Position numbers and translations under genes: made by a program. From UHGV virus genome UHGV-0006354: a stretch of DNA of 30,849 nt. One strand, given 5' to 3'. Position 1 is the stretch's first letter; every line of letters begins with the position of its first letter. Positions 8,109 to 17,351 of the stretch are shown one piece after another. A model generated the notes under the pieces. That model ran no database searches, was not told the DNA's origin, and worked only from the letters and a program-made list of their open reading frames with translations. This DNA is from a virus.

Positions 8109-8133
8109 CGGCACCAAAAATGCCGGTTTTTTT
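8109..8133 (+). terminator. Rho-independent terminator ending the early/SOS region before cos
   Basis: CGGCA-CCAAAAA-TGCCG hairpin followed by seven T (8127-8133). Confidence 0.6.
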
Positions 8134-8293
8134 ATGCCATTTTTCCGCGAATTTCCCGTTTTTTAGCTATGCATGCAACAGGTGCATGGTTTTGCATGCG
8201 TCAGGCTTGCCCGTTCAGGCCGTACGCCACCAGAGCTGGCGCAGAACCAGAGTGGTCATGCAACTGCATTAAAACCGCCCCATAAAGCGGGCA

Positions 8294-8312
8294 GGCGTGG
8301 CGGGGAAAGCAT
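8294..8312. other. cos cohesive-end site (P2/186 type)
   Basis: GGCGTGGCGGGGAAAGCAT, matching the 19-nt P2/186 cohesive end as I recall it (P2 GGCGAGGCGGGGAAAGCAC); lies between the replication module and portal gene as expected. Confidence 0.6.
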
Positions 8313-8459
8313 TGCGCGCCAGCGGTGGTGCGTAATAATAAAAATTATCGTCTGATCGCGTCGTAATGGCGCGCGCGTGGTTGCTGTCGGCTCGTTGGTG
8401 GTCTGGTGTGGTCGTGCGCGCGTGGCGCGTCTGAGGCGTGATGCTGGGTGTGTATGGAA

Positions 8460-8482
8460 AAGCCGCTTAGAGACAGCGGCTT
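8460..8482 (-). terminator. Hairpin downstream of the minus-strand cargo gene (terminator-like, no U-tract)
   Basis: AAGCCGCT-N7-AGCGGCTT, 8-bp stem. Confidence 0.3.
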
Positions 8483-8533
8483 AACAATAGTGGTGGGATT
8501 TAAACTGCTAATAATGTTTCTACAAACATTAAC

Positions 8534-9517
8534 CTAATTTACATGTATGTAGAGTTCACTGTCACTAGACCAGTCGGGGCACTCTAAAGCAAGCCCAAAC
8601 TGCTTGTATATTTCATCAATGACTAATGTTATCTCAAGATAATCATCAAAACCTGTAATGCGTTGATCATTGAATTTTTCATAAAGATTCTGAAATGCAG
8701 CTCCTAACTCTGATAATTGATTCCTTATTTTTGAGTTGGATAGTGTAAGGGCTAGTTTTGGGTCGTATTCATTAATATTGATGTTTAGAGAATGGACGTA
8801 ACCTATCGCATAAGCATAGGAGTTGATAATTAGCTTGAAGCGTTTTTTTGCTTCAAGATACATTTCATTCAGAGAAATATTGCCTCTTTTATAGTTCAGA
8901 GTGAGATTTTCAATCTCGTCAGACACTTCATTTACAACAGTATCAAGATTCTCTAGAAATAAATCGATAGTCTCTTGAGGGGCTGACCACGAAGACATGT
9001 AATTAGCAAGATATTCAGACCATGCACGAGTGGCTGTGATAAGCAGCGCGTCGCCATACTCGTTGACTGTAAAGTTTTGGGCTAAGCATGTTAGTAAGTT
9101 TTTTTCATGTACGTGCACTAACTCATGGTGAATGCGATGGATGACTGCGCGGTATCCTTCTTCATTTAATTTCAGGAAGCTACCATCATTAAAAAGCTCA
9201 CCAAAAAAATCAATAGATAGCACAAGGGTATATTCTTCACATAGCCCATCGCTGCCAATTTTTGTTACTAATTGCCCGACGGCTGCGCCCTGTTTGCTAT
9301 TGGTAAATGAACTAGGGGATTTGTGTTGGTAAATGGAAGTCACATTTTGAAGAGCTTCACTGAAATTATAGGAGACAACCACGCATTTTAATTTTGAGAT
9401 ATCAAGATTGAGATTTTTTGTTAAGACTCGAATAGCTTCTAGCGTGAAGTTACCGATATTATTTGCTTCTTGCTCAGTAGTGAAACCTTCGAGGGTTATT
9501 TTAAAATCAGTTTCCAA
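8534..9517 (-). CDS. AT-rich cargo gene: HExxH-motif (zinc-metallopeptidase-like) protein of unknown function, inserted between cos and portal gene Q
   Basis: 327 aa, TTG start with GGAG Shine-Dalgarno; HELVH at residues 131-135; no signal peptide or transmembrane segment; plausible sigma70 promoter (TTGAAG-17-TATAGT on minus strand, plus about 9557-9585). Confidence 0.8.
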   Translation of the reverse strand: METDFKITLEGFTTEQEANNIGNFTLEAIRVLTKNLNLDISKLKCVVVSYNFSEALQNVTSIYQHKSPSSFTNSKQGAAVGQLVTKIGSDGLCEEYTLVLSIDFFGELFNDGSFLKLNEEGYRAVIHRIHHELVHVHEKNLLTCLAQNFTVNEYGDALLITATRAWSEYLANYMSSWSAPQETIDLFLENLDTVVNEVSDEIENLTLNYKRGNISLNEMYLEAKKRFKLIINSYAYAIGYVHSLNININEYDPKLALTLSNSKIRNQLSELGAAFQNLYEKFNDQRITGFDDYLEITLVIDEIYKQFGLALECPDWSSDSELYIHVN

Positions 9518-9615
9518 GATATTAATCTCCGCGCCTATTGTTTTGATATCTGATGCACTATAGCTTTCGCCGATTGCATCTTCAATGATGAGCGCAGAGA
9601 TTGAGGCGGCCTAAG

Positions 9616-10662
9616 TTATTCCGGGTTGTCGAGGGTGTACTCTTTGAACCTGATGACCTCCATGCCGAGCCAGTCGTTTACCTCCCTGAACCTGTCCTGC
9701 AGGGGTGACAGCTCGTTACGCACGAATACCTTTGCCACCTTCTCAACGTCGCCGAGTGAGCCGATATTCTCGGGCTTGCCGCCCATGAGCTGGAACGGCA
9801 CGCGGTGCGCGTCCATCAGGTCGGCGGCGCTGGCTTTCTTAATGTTGAAAAAGTCATCCTTTGTGGCGACCTCGCTCAGTGGCACGATTTTGATGCCGTC
9901 CGGTTTTCCGCCGGGGGCGTAGAAAAACAGGTTCTTAAAGTTGCCGAGTCCCTTCGAGTTACGCATCGCCTCGCGCAGCGATTCGACGTCGGTCGCACTT
10001 TGCGCCGGGTCAGTCACATACATGATGTAGCCTGCGTGCGCGCCGTTCTGATAATACTTGCGGCGGAACAGCGTCGCGGATTCATTCAGCCAGGCGGAAT
10101 TAAGCGCGCTGAGATATTCCGGCAGACCGTAAATCTCCTGATTAATGTCGGGCTCCAGCAGGTGAAACACGGTATCAGGCGCGAACTCGTGCGGCTGGGT
10201 GAAGTTTTCCACAAACCAGAAAATCGAATCGTCGACTCCGCGTCGGGTGTATTTGGCTGGCGAGGCCAGCAGTTTGATTAACTGGCCGGTGACGCTGTGG
10301 CGCTGCTCAAGAAAGGCGTTACCGAACACCAGATAATCGAGCGCAAAGCGGCTGAAATCCTGACGGGATAACAACGGGTGCGGAATGTAGGTGCTCGCGA
10401 GCACGTTACGCTTAACATAAATTGGCGAGCTGTGATGCACGGCAGAGCGCAGGCTCTTTGCCAGCCCTGAGAAGCTGACCGGCGGCTCGTACCATTTGCC
10501 GTTACTGATGCACTCGACGTAATCCAGAATGTCGCGCTTATCGAGTACCGGCACCGGCTCGCCGAAGGTGAACGCTGTCGTTTTTGGCGGTGCGCTGGCG
10601 GTCAGTTGTTGTGGTTTGCTGGCCTTTTGTGCGTTGGCTTTACGGGATTTTTGTTTACCCAT
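9616..10662 (-). CDS. Q: Portal protein (P2 gpQ family)
   Basis: 348 aa (P2 Q 344 aa); Lys-rich N-terminus MGKQKSRKANAQKASK; position between cos and terminase. Confidence 0.9.
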   Translation of the reverse strand: MGKQKSRKANAQKASKPQQLTASAPPKTTAFTFGEPVPVLDKRDILDYVECISNGKWYEPPVSFSGLAKSLRSAVHHSSPIYVKRNVLASTYIPHPLLSRQDFSRFALDYLVFGNAFLEQRHSVTGQLIKLLASPAKYTRRGVDDSIFWFVENFTQPHEFAPDTVFHLLEPDINQEIYGLPEYLSALNSAWLNESATLFRRKYYQNGAHAGYIMYVTDPAQSATDVESLREAMRNSKGLGNFKNLFFYAPGGKPDGIKIVPLSEVATKDDFFNIKKASAADLMDAHRVPFQLMGGKPENIGSLGDVEKVAKVFVRNELSPLQDRFREVNDWLGMEVIRFKEYTLDNPE

Positions 10663-10663
10663 T

Positions 10664-12433
10664 TTAGTTGAACTCCAGAATAGATTTAGGCTGCATGCCG
10701 CTACCGGCAGAAAGCGGTTCGTTTAACAGGGCGTGCATGGTCGCCCATGCGATATCGGCGTGGCTGGCTTCCTCGGTGCGGCTGGCCTCATAGGTGGCGC
10801 TGCGCCCGCTGCTGGTCATGGTTTTGCGGATGGACATAAACGACTGCGTGACGTCGGTTGCTCCGGCGTCGTACTCCAGACAGCCACGGCGAATGGTGTC
10901 TTTCGCCTTGAGTACCATTGCGGTTTTCATTTCAGGTGTGTAACGGATGCCGCGTGCCGCCGGGTAAAATGAGCGCACCAGCTGGAACACGCCGAGACCG
11001 AGGCCGGTTGCGTCAATGCCGATGTATTCGACGTTGTATTTCTCGGTCAGCTTGCGGATGCCCTCTGCCTGTGCTGCAAAATCCATGCCCTTCCACTGGT
11101 GGCGCTCCAGCATGCGGAACTTGCCACCAGAGACCACCGGCGGCGCGAGCACGACGCACCCGGCACTGTCGCCGGTGTGTGACGGGTCGTAGCCAATCCA
11201 GACAGGACGAGAGCCGAACGGATGGTCGGCGAACGGGGCAAAGTCCTCCCATTCCTCCATCACATCGACCATGCAGCGCTGCAGCTCCTCGAACGGGAAT
11301 ACCGACGCTTTATCGTCGACAAACTCGCACATAAACAGGTTCTTAAAGTCCTCATCACTGTTTTCGCGTTTGAGCTGGTCGAGGTCGAACAGGGTGCAGC
11401 CACCCGCAAGGGCGTCCTCAATGGTGACAATCTGCCGCCACTGGCCATCGTCGCAGAGCTGGCCACCGGCGAGCGCGCTGTGACTGATGTCGATTTCGAT
11501 GCGGTCGGCAATCCGGCTGCGCCCCTTGTTGAACAGCTCGCCAGACCAGAAGGGGTAAGCGCCGTGCGCCAGCGTGGAAGGTGTCGAAAAATAGGTCGAG
11601 CGCAGGTGCTTTTGCGAGGCCATGCCCGAGGCGACTTTGCGCAGTTTCTGAAAATTCGGGATCCAGAATATTTCATCGACATACAGATCGCCGTTATGGC
11701 TCTGCGCGGTGTTGGAATTGGTACCGAGAAAAATCAGTTTTGCGCCGTTGTTACCGATGACAATCGGGTCGCCAGTCAGGTCAACGTCGACCAGTCGCGC
11801 AAACTGGATGATGTATTCGCGGAACACGTAAGCCTGCGTTTTACTGGCTGATAAAAATATCTGGTTATGGCCGGTTTTGAGTGCGCGCAGCAGTGCCTCG
11901 CGGGAGAAATAGAATGTCGCGCCAATCTGGCGGGATTTGAGAATGTCACGAATACGGTGCTCCAGTCCTGCGCGGTACCACTGCAACTGGTACTCGAAAG
12001 ACTGGTCGAAAAATAATTCCTCTAGTTTATCGATAGCCTCGTCGCTGAAAAAATTCTTTTTCGGCTTTTTGCGCTCCCCTTTGTTGCGGTTGGCGACGTT
12101 GGGGTTAAGGTCGGCTTCGTTGCCGGTCTGGCTGTAGCGGTTGACTCGCGCCAACCGTTCAATCTGCCGTCCGAGTAGGTCAATCTCTTTGAAATCACCC
12201 CCTGTCTTTTGCGGCTTGGCGATGAGCTGAATCAGCCTAGCCTCAAGGCTGCTTTCAACGCGGGAAATCGGCGCGATGCCGTCCCAGCCGTCGCGCTGCT
12301 TCCAGCTCTGCACGGTCGGGCGCTTGACCTGCAGCATTTCGGCAATCTGTGGCACGGAAAAACCCTGCCAGTAAAGCAGCGATGCCTGCCGTCGCGGGTC
12401 ATGCAACAAGGTTGTATCGGTGGAATTGGTCAT
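10664..12433 (-). CDS. P: Terminase large (ATPase) subunit (P2 gpP family)
   Basis: 589 aa (P2 P 590 aa); divergent from O across the 12434-12598 intergenic region. Confidence 0.9.
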   Translation of the reverse strand: MTNSTDTTLLHDPRRQASLLYWQGFSVPQIAEMLQVKRPTVQSWKQRDGWDGIAPISRVESSLEARLIQLIAKPQKTGGDFKEIDLLGRQIERLARVNRYSQTGNEADLNPNVANRNKGERKKPKKNFFSDEAIDKLEELFFDQSFEYQLQWYRAGLEHRIRDILKSRQIGATFYFSREALLRALKTGHNQIFLSASKTQAYVFREYIIQFARLVDVDLTGDPIVIGNNGAKLIFLGTNSNTAQSHNGDLYVDEIFWIPNFQKLRKVASGMASQKHLRSTYFSTPSTLAHGAYPFWSGELFNKGRSRIADRIEIDISHSALAGGQLCDDGQWRQIVTIEDALAGGCTLFDLDQLKRENSDEDFKNLFMCEFVDDKASVFPFEELQRCMVDVMEEWEDFAPFADHPFGSRPVWIGYDPSHTGDSAGCVVLAPPVVSGGKFRMLERHQWKGMDFAAQAEGIRKLTEKYNVEYIGIDATGLGLGVFQLVRSFYPAARGIRYTPEMKTAMVLKAKDTIRRGCLEYDAGATDVTQSFMSIRKTMTSSGRSATYEASRTEEASHADIAWATMHALLNEPLSAGSGMQPKSILEFN

Positions 12434-12598
12434 TGATGCCTCGCCGTAGTGGATTCAGGGCAAGGCTACTTAATGGCCGTCAGTGATTCGCTAAGGTGCT
12501 GTTGTGTGGGCGGTTGTCCAGTCGTCATTGGTGGTCTGGCGTGTCCTGAGTCTGGAAACTGGCGGTGACCAGTAACCTCAACCTCAGGACTCCTGACA

Positions 12599-13453
12599 AT
12601 GGCAAAAAAAGTCTCAAAATTCTTTCGCATCGGCGTCGAGGGTGACACCTGCGACGGCCGCATTATCAGCGGCAACGATATTCAGGAAATGGCCGAATCG
12701 TTTGACCCTCGCGTCTACGGTTGCCGCATTAACCTTGAGCATATTCGCGGTCTCTTTCCTGATGGCGACTTCAAACGCTTAGGCGATGTGGTTGAACTGA
12801 AAGGTGAAATAATTGACGACGATTCTGCGCTTAACGGCAAATGGGCGTTGTTCGCCAGAATCACCCCAACCGACGACCTGATTGCGATGAATAAAAAATT
12901 GCAGAAGGTCTACACCTCAATGGAAATTCAGCCGAATTTTGCCAATACCGGCAAATGCTACCTCGTCGGCCTTGCTGTCACCGATGACCCGGCGAGCCTC
13001 GGCACTGAATACCTCGAATTCTGCCGCAACGCGAAGCACAACCCTCTGCAGCGCTTTAAGGCCAACCCTGAAAACGTCTTTTCCGCTGCCACGCTGGCCG
13101 AACTGGAATTTGAAGACGTTCCCGATACGGTGCTAAACAGCCTGGCAGATAAGGTGAAAGCCATTTTCAGCCGTAAGCAGGTCAGCGACGATGCGCGCCT
13201 GAATGATGTGCATGAAGCGGTGACCACCGTCAGCGAGCATGTGCAGACCAACCTCACTGCGCAGGATAAGCGTCTTTCCGCTATGGAAGCCGCGCTTACC
13301 ACCTTTAAACAGGAACTGACCGGCAAGATTGAAGAAACCAGCCAGGCATTTTCCGCCCTGAAAGCCACCCTCGACAAAACCGAAAGTTTCAGCCAGCCGC
13401 GACGCACGAAAGCCAGCGGCGGTGGTGGCGATGAGCTGCTGACCGACTGCTGA
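12599..13453 (+). CDS. O: Capsid scaffolding protein (P2 gpO family)
   Basis: 284 aa, same length as P2 O; MAKKVSKFFRIGVEGDTCDGR N-terminus. Confidence 0.9.
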   Translation: MAKKVSKFFRIGVEGDTCDGRIISGNDIQEMAESFDPRVYGCRINLEHIRGLFPDGDFKRLGDVVELKGEIIDDDSALNGKWALFARITPTDDLIAMNKKLQKVYTSMEIQPNFANTGKCYLVGLAVTDDPASLGTEYLEFCRNAKHNPLQRFKANPENVFSAATLAELEFEDVPDTVLNSLADKVKAIFSRKQVSDDARLNDVHEAVTTVSEHVQTNLTAQDKRLSAMEAALTTFKQELTGKIEETSQAFSALKATLDKTESFSQPRRTKASGGGGDELLTDC

Positions 13454-13529
13454 TAAACCGCAGACCAGAAACCGGGCGGTAACTCCGCCCGATGCAGTGA
13501 CTAACCGATAAATTCAAACAGGAAATACT

Positions 13530-14597
13530 ATGCGCCCGGAAACCCGTTTTAAGTTCAATGCCTATCTGACCCGCGTCGCTGAGCTGAACGGCATCAGCAC
13601 TGATGACGTCAGTAAAAAATTCACCGTCGAGCCGTCCGTCACGCAAACGCTGATGAACAAAGTGCAGGAGTCATCCGCGTTTCTGCAGACGATTAACATT
13701 CTGCCGGTCGCAGAAATGAAGGGTGAGAAAATCGGCGTCGGTGTGACCGGTACTATCGCCAGCACGACCGACACCTCGGGCGATGATGAGCGTAAGACCG
13801 CAGACTTCACCGCGCTTGAGTCCAACAAGTACGAGTGCGACCAGATTAACTTTGACTTCCATCTGAAATATAAAACCCTCGACCTGTGGGCGCGTTTTCA
13901 GGACTTTCAGCGCCGCATCCGTGACGCCATTGTTAAGCGTCAGGCGCTCGATTTCATCATGGCCGGTTTTAACGGTACCACCCGCGCCGCCACCTCTGAC
14001 CGCACCAAAAATCCGATGCTGCAGGATGTAGCCATCGGCTGGCTGCAGAAATACCGCAACGAAGCCCCGACGCGTGTGATGAGCAATATCACCGATGCTG
14101 ACGGTAAGGTCGTTTCGGCAGTGATTCGCGTCGGTAAAAACGGCGACTATGAGAACCTCGACGCGCTGGTGATGGATGCTACCAACAACCTGATTGACGA
14201 GGTTTATCAGGATGACCCGAAACTCGTTGCCATCGTTGGCCGTAAGCTGCTGGCCGACAAATATTTCCCACTGGTGAACAAGCCGCAAGAAAACAGCGAA
14301 GCGCTCGCGGCAGATATCATCATCAGCCAGAAGCGAATCGGCAACCTGCCTGCTGTGCGTGTGCCGTACTTCCCGGCGAATGCCGTGTTAGTGACAACGC
14401 TGGAAAACCTCTCTATCTATTTCATGGATGAGAGCCACCGCCGCAGCATTGATGAAAACCCGAAAAAAGACCGCGTGGAAAACTACGAGTCAATGAATAT
14501 CGACTATGTGGTCGAGGCGTATGCCGCCGGGTGTCTGCTGGAAAACATCACCCTGGGCGATTTCACCGCACCTGCAGCACCGGAAAGCGGAGAGTAA
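13530..14597 (+). CDS. N: Major capsid protein (P2 gpN family)
   Basis: 355 aa (P2 N 357 aa); synteny O-N-M. Confidence 0.9.
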   Translation: MRPETRFKFNAYLTRVAELNGISTDDVSKKFTVEPSVTQTLMNKVQESSAFLQTINILPVAEMKGEKIGVGVTGTIASTTDTSGDDERKTADFTALESNKYECDQINFDFHLKYKTLDLWARFQDFQRRIRDAIVKRQALDFIMAGFNGTTRAATSDRTKNPMLQDVAIGWLQKYRNEAPTRVMSNITDADGKVVSAVIRVGKNGDYENLDALVMDATNNLIDEVYQDDPKLVAIVGRKLLADKYFPLVNKPQENSEALAADIIISQKRIGNLPAVRVPYFPANAVLVTTLENLSIYFMDESHRRSIDENPKKDRVENYESMNIDYVVEAYAAGCLLENITLGDFTAPAAPESGE

Positions 14598-14601
14598 GCC
14601 C

Positions 14602-15351
14602 ATGACGAGCCCCGCACAGCGTCACATGATGCGGGTCTCGGCCTCTCAAGCCGCGCAGCGGGAACAAGCCCCGCTGCGCCATGCAACCGCCTACGAGCAG
14701 ATGCTGGTAAAGCTGGCCGATGACCGCCGCACGTTGAAAACCATCCGTTCAAACGAACTGAAAGCCGCGAAAAAGCGTGAGCTGCTGCCGTTCTATGCGC
14801 CGTGGGTCGCCGGTGTGCTGGCTGATGGCCGTGGTGCGCAGGATGACATTCTGATGACAGTCATGCTGTGGCGTCTCGATGCCGGTGATATCGCTGGCGC
14901 GCTGGAAATTGCGCCATACGCGCTGAAGCACGGCCTCACCTCTGACTATCGCCGCACGACACCTTACATGCTGGTTGAGGAGGTGGCGCTTGCCGCGCTG
15001 CGCCTGCGCGATGCCGGTGAGCCTGTCGACCTCGCATTACTGCTGACCACCCTTAGCCTGACCGACGGCGCTGACGTTCCCGATATGGTGCGCGCTCGAC
15101 TGCATAAGGTGACCGGTCTAACCCTGCGCGATGCCGGTCAGAGCGCCGAAGCACGGGCACAGTTTCAGCGCGCGATGCAGCTCGACCGCAATGCCGGTGT
15201 GCGCAAAGAGATTGAGCGACTGGAGCGGGCATTGAAGCCTAAGCCCGATGCCGCGCCCCGTAAAACGACTAAACCGCGCACGCGCAAACCTGCCACCAAA
15301 CCGGCGGCAAAGCGCGGGCGTCCACCAAAGGCGGTAAAAACCGCCGGTTAA
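14602..15351 (+). CDS. M: Terminase endonuclease/small subunit (P2 gpM family)
   Basis: 249 aa from ATG 14602 (track ORF 14506 is an upstream extension overlapping N); basic Pro/Lys-rich C-terminus. Confidence 0.85.
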   Translation: MTSPAQRHMMRVSASQAAQREQAPLRHATAYEQMLVKLADDRRTLKTIRSNELKAAKKRELLPFYAPWVAGVLADGRGAQDDILMTVMLWRLDAGDIAGALEIAPYALKHGLTSDYRRTTPYMLVEEVALAALRLRDAGEPVDLALLLTTLSLTDGADVPDMVRARLHKVTGLTLRDAGQSAEARAQFQRAMQLDRNAGVRKEIERLERALKPKPDAAPRKTTKPRTRKPATKPAAKRGRPPKAVKTAG

Positions 15352-15444
15352 CTGAACGCTCCCCGAGCCGGGCGGCACGCCGGTCAAAGCGGGTTTTGAC
15401 CCTGACGGCGACCGGCGTCCACCGCCCAACCTAATGAGGTTGTC

Positions 15445-15954
15445 ATGACGACAGTAATACTGAATCAGCCCGACGAACCGCAGGACGTACCGGGCGTGGT
15501 GATTCCCGCACCGGAGACGGGCGACGCAGTGATTAAAAACACGTTCTTTTTCCCTGATGTGGATCCGAAGCGGGTGCGCGAGCTGATGCGCCTTGAGCAG
15601 ACGGTTTCCGATGCGCGCCTGCGCAACGCCATCAAGACCGGCATGGCGGAAACCAATGCGGAGCTTTACGACTACCGGCTGCGCCAGATTGCCGCAGGGT
15701 TTAAGACACTGGCCGACGTGCCTGACGCCGAGGAAATCGACGGCGAGAATGTGCGCGTTTTCCACTACCTCAGCGCCGTGACGGCGATGGCGACCGCCAC
15801 CCTGTATGAGCGTTATCGCGGGGTTGAGGCCACCGGCAAGGGTGACAAAAAAGCCGACAGCGTCGAAACCACCATTGATGACCTGTGGCGGGATATGCGC
15901 TGGTCGGTCTCGCGCCTGCAGGATAAGCCGCGCTGTATCGTGGGTCAGCTCTGA
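15445..15954 (+). CDS. L: Head completion/stabilisation protein (P2 gpL family)
   Basis: 169 aa, identical length to P2 L. Confidence 0.85.
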   Translation: MTTVILNQPDEPQDVPGVVIPAPETGDAVIKNTFFFPDVDPKRVRELMRLEQTVSDARLRNAIKTGMAETNAELYDYRLRQIAAGFKTLADVPDAEEIDGENVRVFHYLSAVTAMATATLYERYRGVEATGKGDKKADSVETTIDDLWRDMRWSVSRLQDKPRCIVGQL

Positions 15955-16157
15955 TGAAAGTCTACGCGATGCAGGGCGACACCATCGACGCGCTTTGCGC
16001 CCGGTATTACGGGCGCACTGAGGGCGTGGTCGAGGCGGTGCTGCAGGCTAATCCCGGTCTGTCTGAGCTGGGCGTCATTCTGCCGCATGGCACGGCAATT
16101 GACCTGCCCGACGTGGCATCGTCACCCGTAACAGAAACTATCAACCTTTGGGAGTAA
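15954..16157 (+). CDS. X: Tail protein X (LysM-like)
   Basis: 67 aa, identical length to P2 X; MKVYAMQGDTIDALCARYYG. Confidence 0.8.
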   Translation: MKVYAMQGDTIDALCARYYGRTEGVVEAVLQANPGLSELGVILPHGTAIDLPDVASSPVTETINLWE

Positions 16158-16160
16158 ACC

Positions 16161-16457
16161 ATGACAGAAGGGGAAAAAGGCGTCCTGTCACTGTTTGTGA
16201 TTGGCGTGATGATTGTTGTCGGAAAAGTGCTGGCGGGTGGTGAGCCCATTACCCCGCGCCTGTTTATCGGCCGCATGCTGCTCGGCGGTTTTGTTTCAAT
16301 GGTCGCCGGTGTTGTTCTGGTGCAGTTTCCAGATATGTCACTGCCTGCCGTTTGTGGGATTGGATCCATGCTCGGCATTGCAGGTTATCAGGTGGTGGAA
16401 ATCGCCATTCAGCGCCGCTTTAAGTCACAAAAGGGGGATAGCGATGCCGGTCATTAA
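16161..16457 (+). CDS. Y: Holin (P2 gpY type)
   Basis: 98 aa with three hydrophobic segments and a charged C-terminal tail. Confidence 0.8.
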   Translation: MTEGEKGVLSLFVIGVMIVVGKVLAGGEPITPRLFIGRMLLGGFVSMVAGVVLVQFPDMSLPAVCGIGSMLGIAGYQVVEIAIQRRFKSQKGDSDAGH

Positions 16458-16941
16458 TACTCACCAGAATATCGCCGCGTTTCTGGACATGCTGGCCTAT
16501 TCCGAAGGGACGGCGACGCATCCGCTGACGAAAAATCGTGGTTACGACGTCATTGTCACTGGCATTGATGGCAAGCCGGAAATTTTCACCGACTACACCG
16601 ACCACCCTTTCGCACATGGCAGACCAGCGAAAGTGTTTAATCGACGCGGCGAAAAATCCACGGCATCAGGGCGTTACCAGCAGCTTTATCTCTACTGGCC
16701 GCACTATCAGAAACAGCTCGCATTGCCTGATTTCAGCCCGTTGTCGCAGGACAAACTTGCGATTCAGTTAATCCGGGAGCGCGGTGCCATTGAGGATATT
16801 AAAGCGGGGCGTATTGAGCGAGCAATTTCACGTTGCCGCAATATATGGGCGTCGCTGCCGGGTGCAGGTTACGGCCAGCGTGAGCACAGCCTCGACAAAC
16901 TGGTCACTGTGTGGCGCACGGCTGGCGGGGTGATGGCATGA
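16444..16941 (+). CDS. K: Endolysin (P2 gpK lysozyme family)
   Basis: 165 aa from internal ATG 16444 of track ORF 16213-16941; MPVINTHQNIAAFLDMLAYSEGT; overlaps holin 3' end. Confidence 0.85.
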   Translation: MPVINTHQNIAAFLDMLAYSEGTATHPLTKNRGYDVIVTGIDGKPEIFTDYTDHPFAHGRPAKVFNRRGEKSTASGRYQQLYLYWPHYQKQLALPDFSPLSQDKLAIQLIRERGAIEDIKAGRIERAISRCRNIWASLPGAGYGQREHSLDKLVTVWRTAGGVMA

Positions 16942-17351
16942 AAATCCTGATAACGCTGCTGGTGCTGGCCGTGCTCGGGCTGCTGTGGTTGCGCCATGAG
17001 AACGGCAATTTATCCCGCTCCTTTGAGACGGCAAACCGCGTCGCAAGCGAACAAAAGACGACGATTGGCATGCTGAAAAATCAGCTCAGTGTTGCCGGTC
17101 AGCTTGCCCGACGTAATGAATCCGCGCAGGTGGAACTGCGCGAACAGCTCGCAAAGGCCAGCGCAGAGGCCAGCCGCCGTGAGCAGACGATAACGAGGTT
17201 ACTTAATGAAAATGAAGCCTTTCGCCGCTGGTATAACGCTGCTTTGCCTGATGTTGTGCGTCGGCTGCACACCCGCACCGCCTGCGCCAGTGCCGGTGAT
17301 TGTGGTCAGCGGATGCCCGAGGGTGAGCCTTTGTCCGATGCCGGGAAGTGA
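16938..17351 (+). CDS. lysB: Rz-like inner-membrane spanin (LysB)
   Basis: 137 aa from ATG 16938; N-terminal TM MKILITLLVLAVLGLLWL then coiled-coil region. Confidence 0.7.
   Translation: MKILITLLVLAVLGLLWLRHENGNLSRSFETANRVASEQKTTIGMLKNQLSVAGQLARRNESAQVELREQLAKASAEASRREQTITRLLNENEAFRRWYNAALPDVVRRLHTRTACASAGDCGQRMPEGEPLSDAGK

Noticed and set aside
8034-8355. Track ORFs 8034-8285 and 8173-8355 spanning the terminator and cos
   Set aside because: They read straight through a rho-independent terminator and the cohesive-end site in GC-rich non-coding DNA, start with TTG/ATG without a ribosome-binding site, and sit where P2-like phages have no genes.
12434-12598. Divergent late promoters in the P/O intergenic region
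   Set aside because: This is the expected location by the P2 paradigm, but I found no exact TGT-N12-ACA or clear -10 hexamers by eye, so no coordinates were called.
16213-16941. Long N-terminal extensions in track ORFs (16213 for K, 14506 for M, 2615 for cI, 24458 for FI, 22980 for Tfa, 26215 for E)
   Set aside because: The extensions overlap upstream genes or lack ribosome-binding sites; internal ATGs give proteins matching P2 homologue N-termini and lengths.
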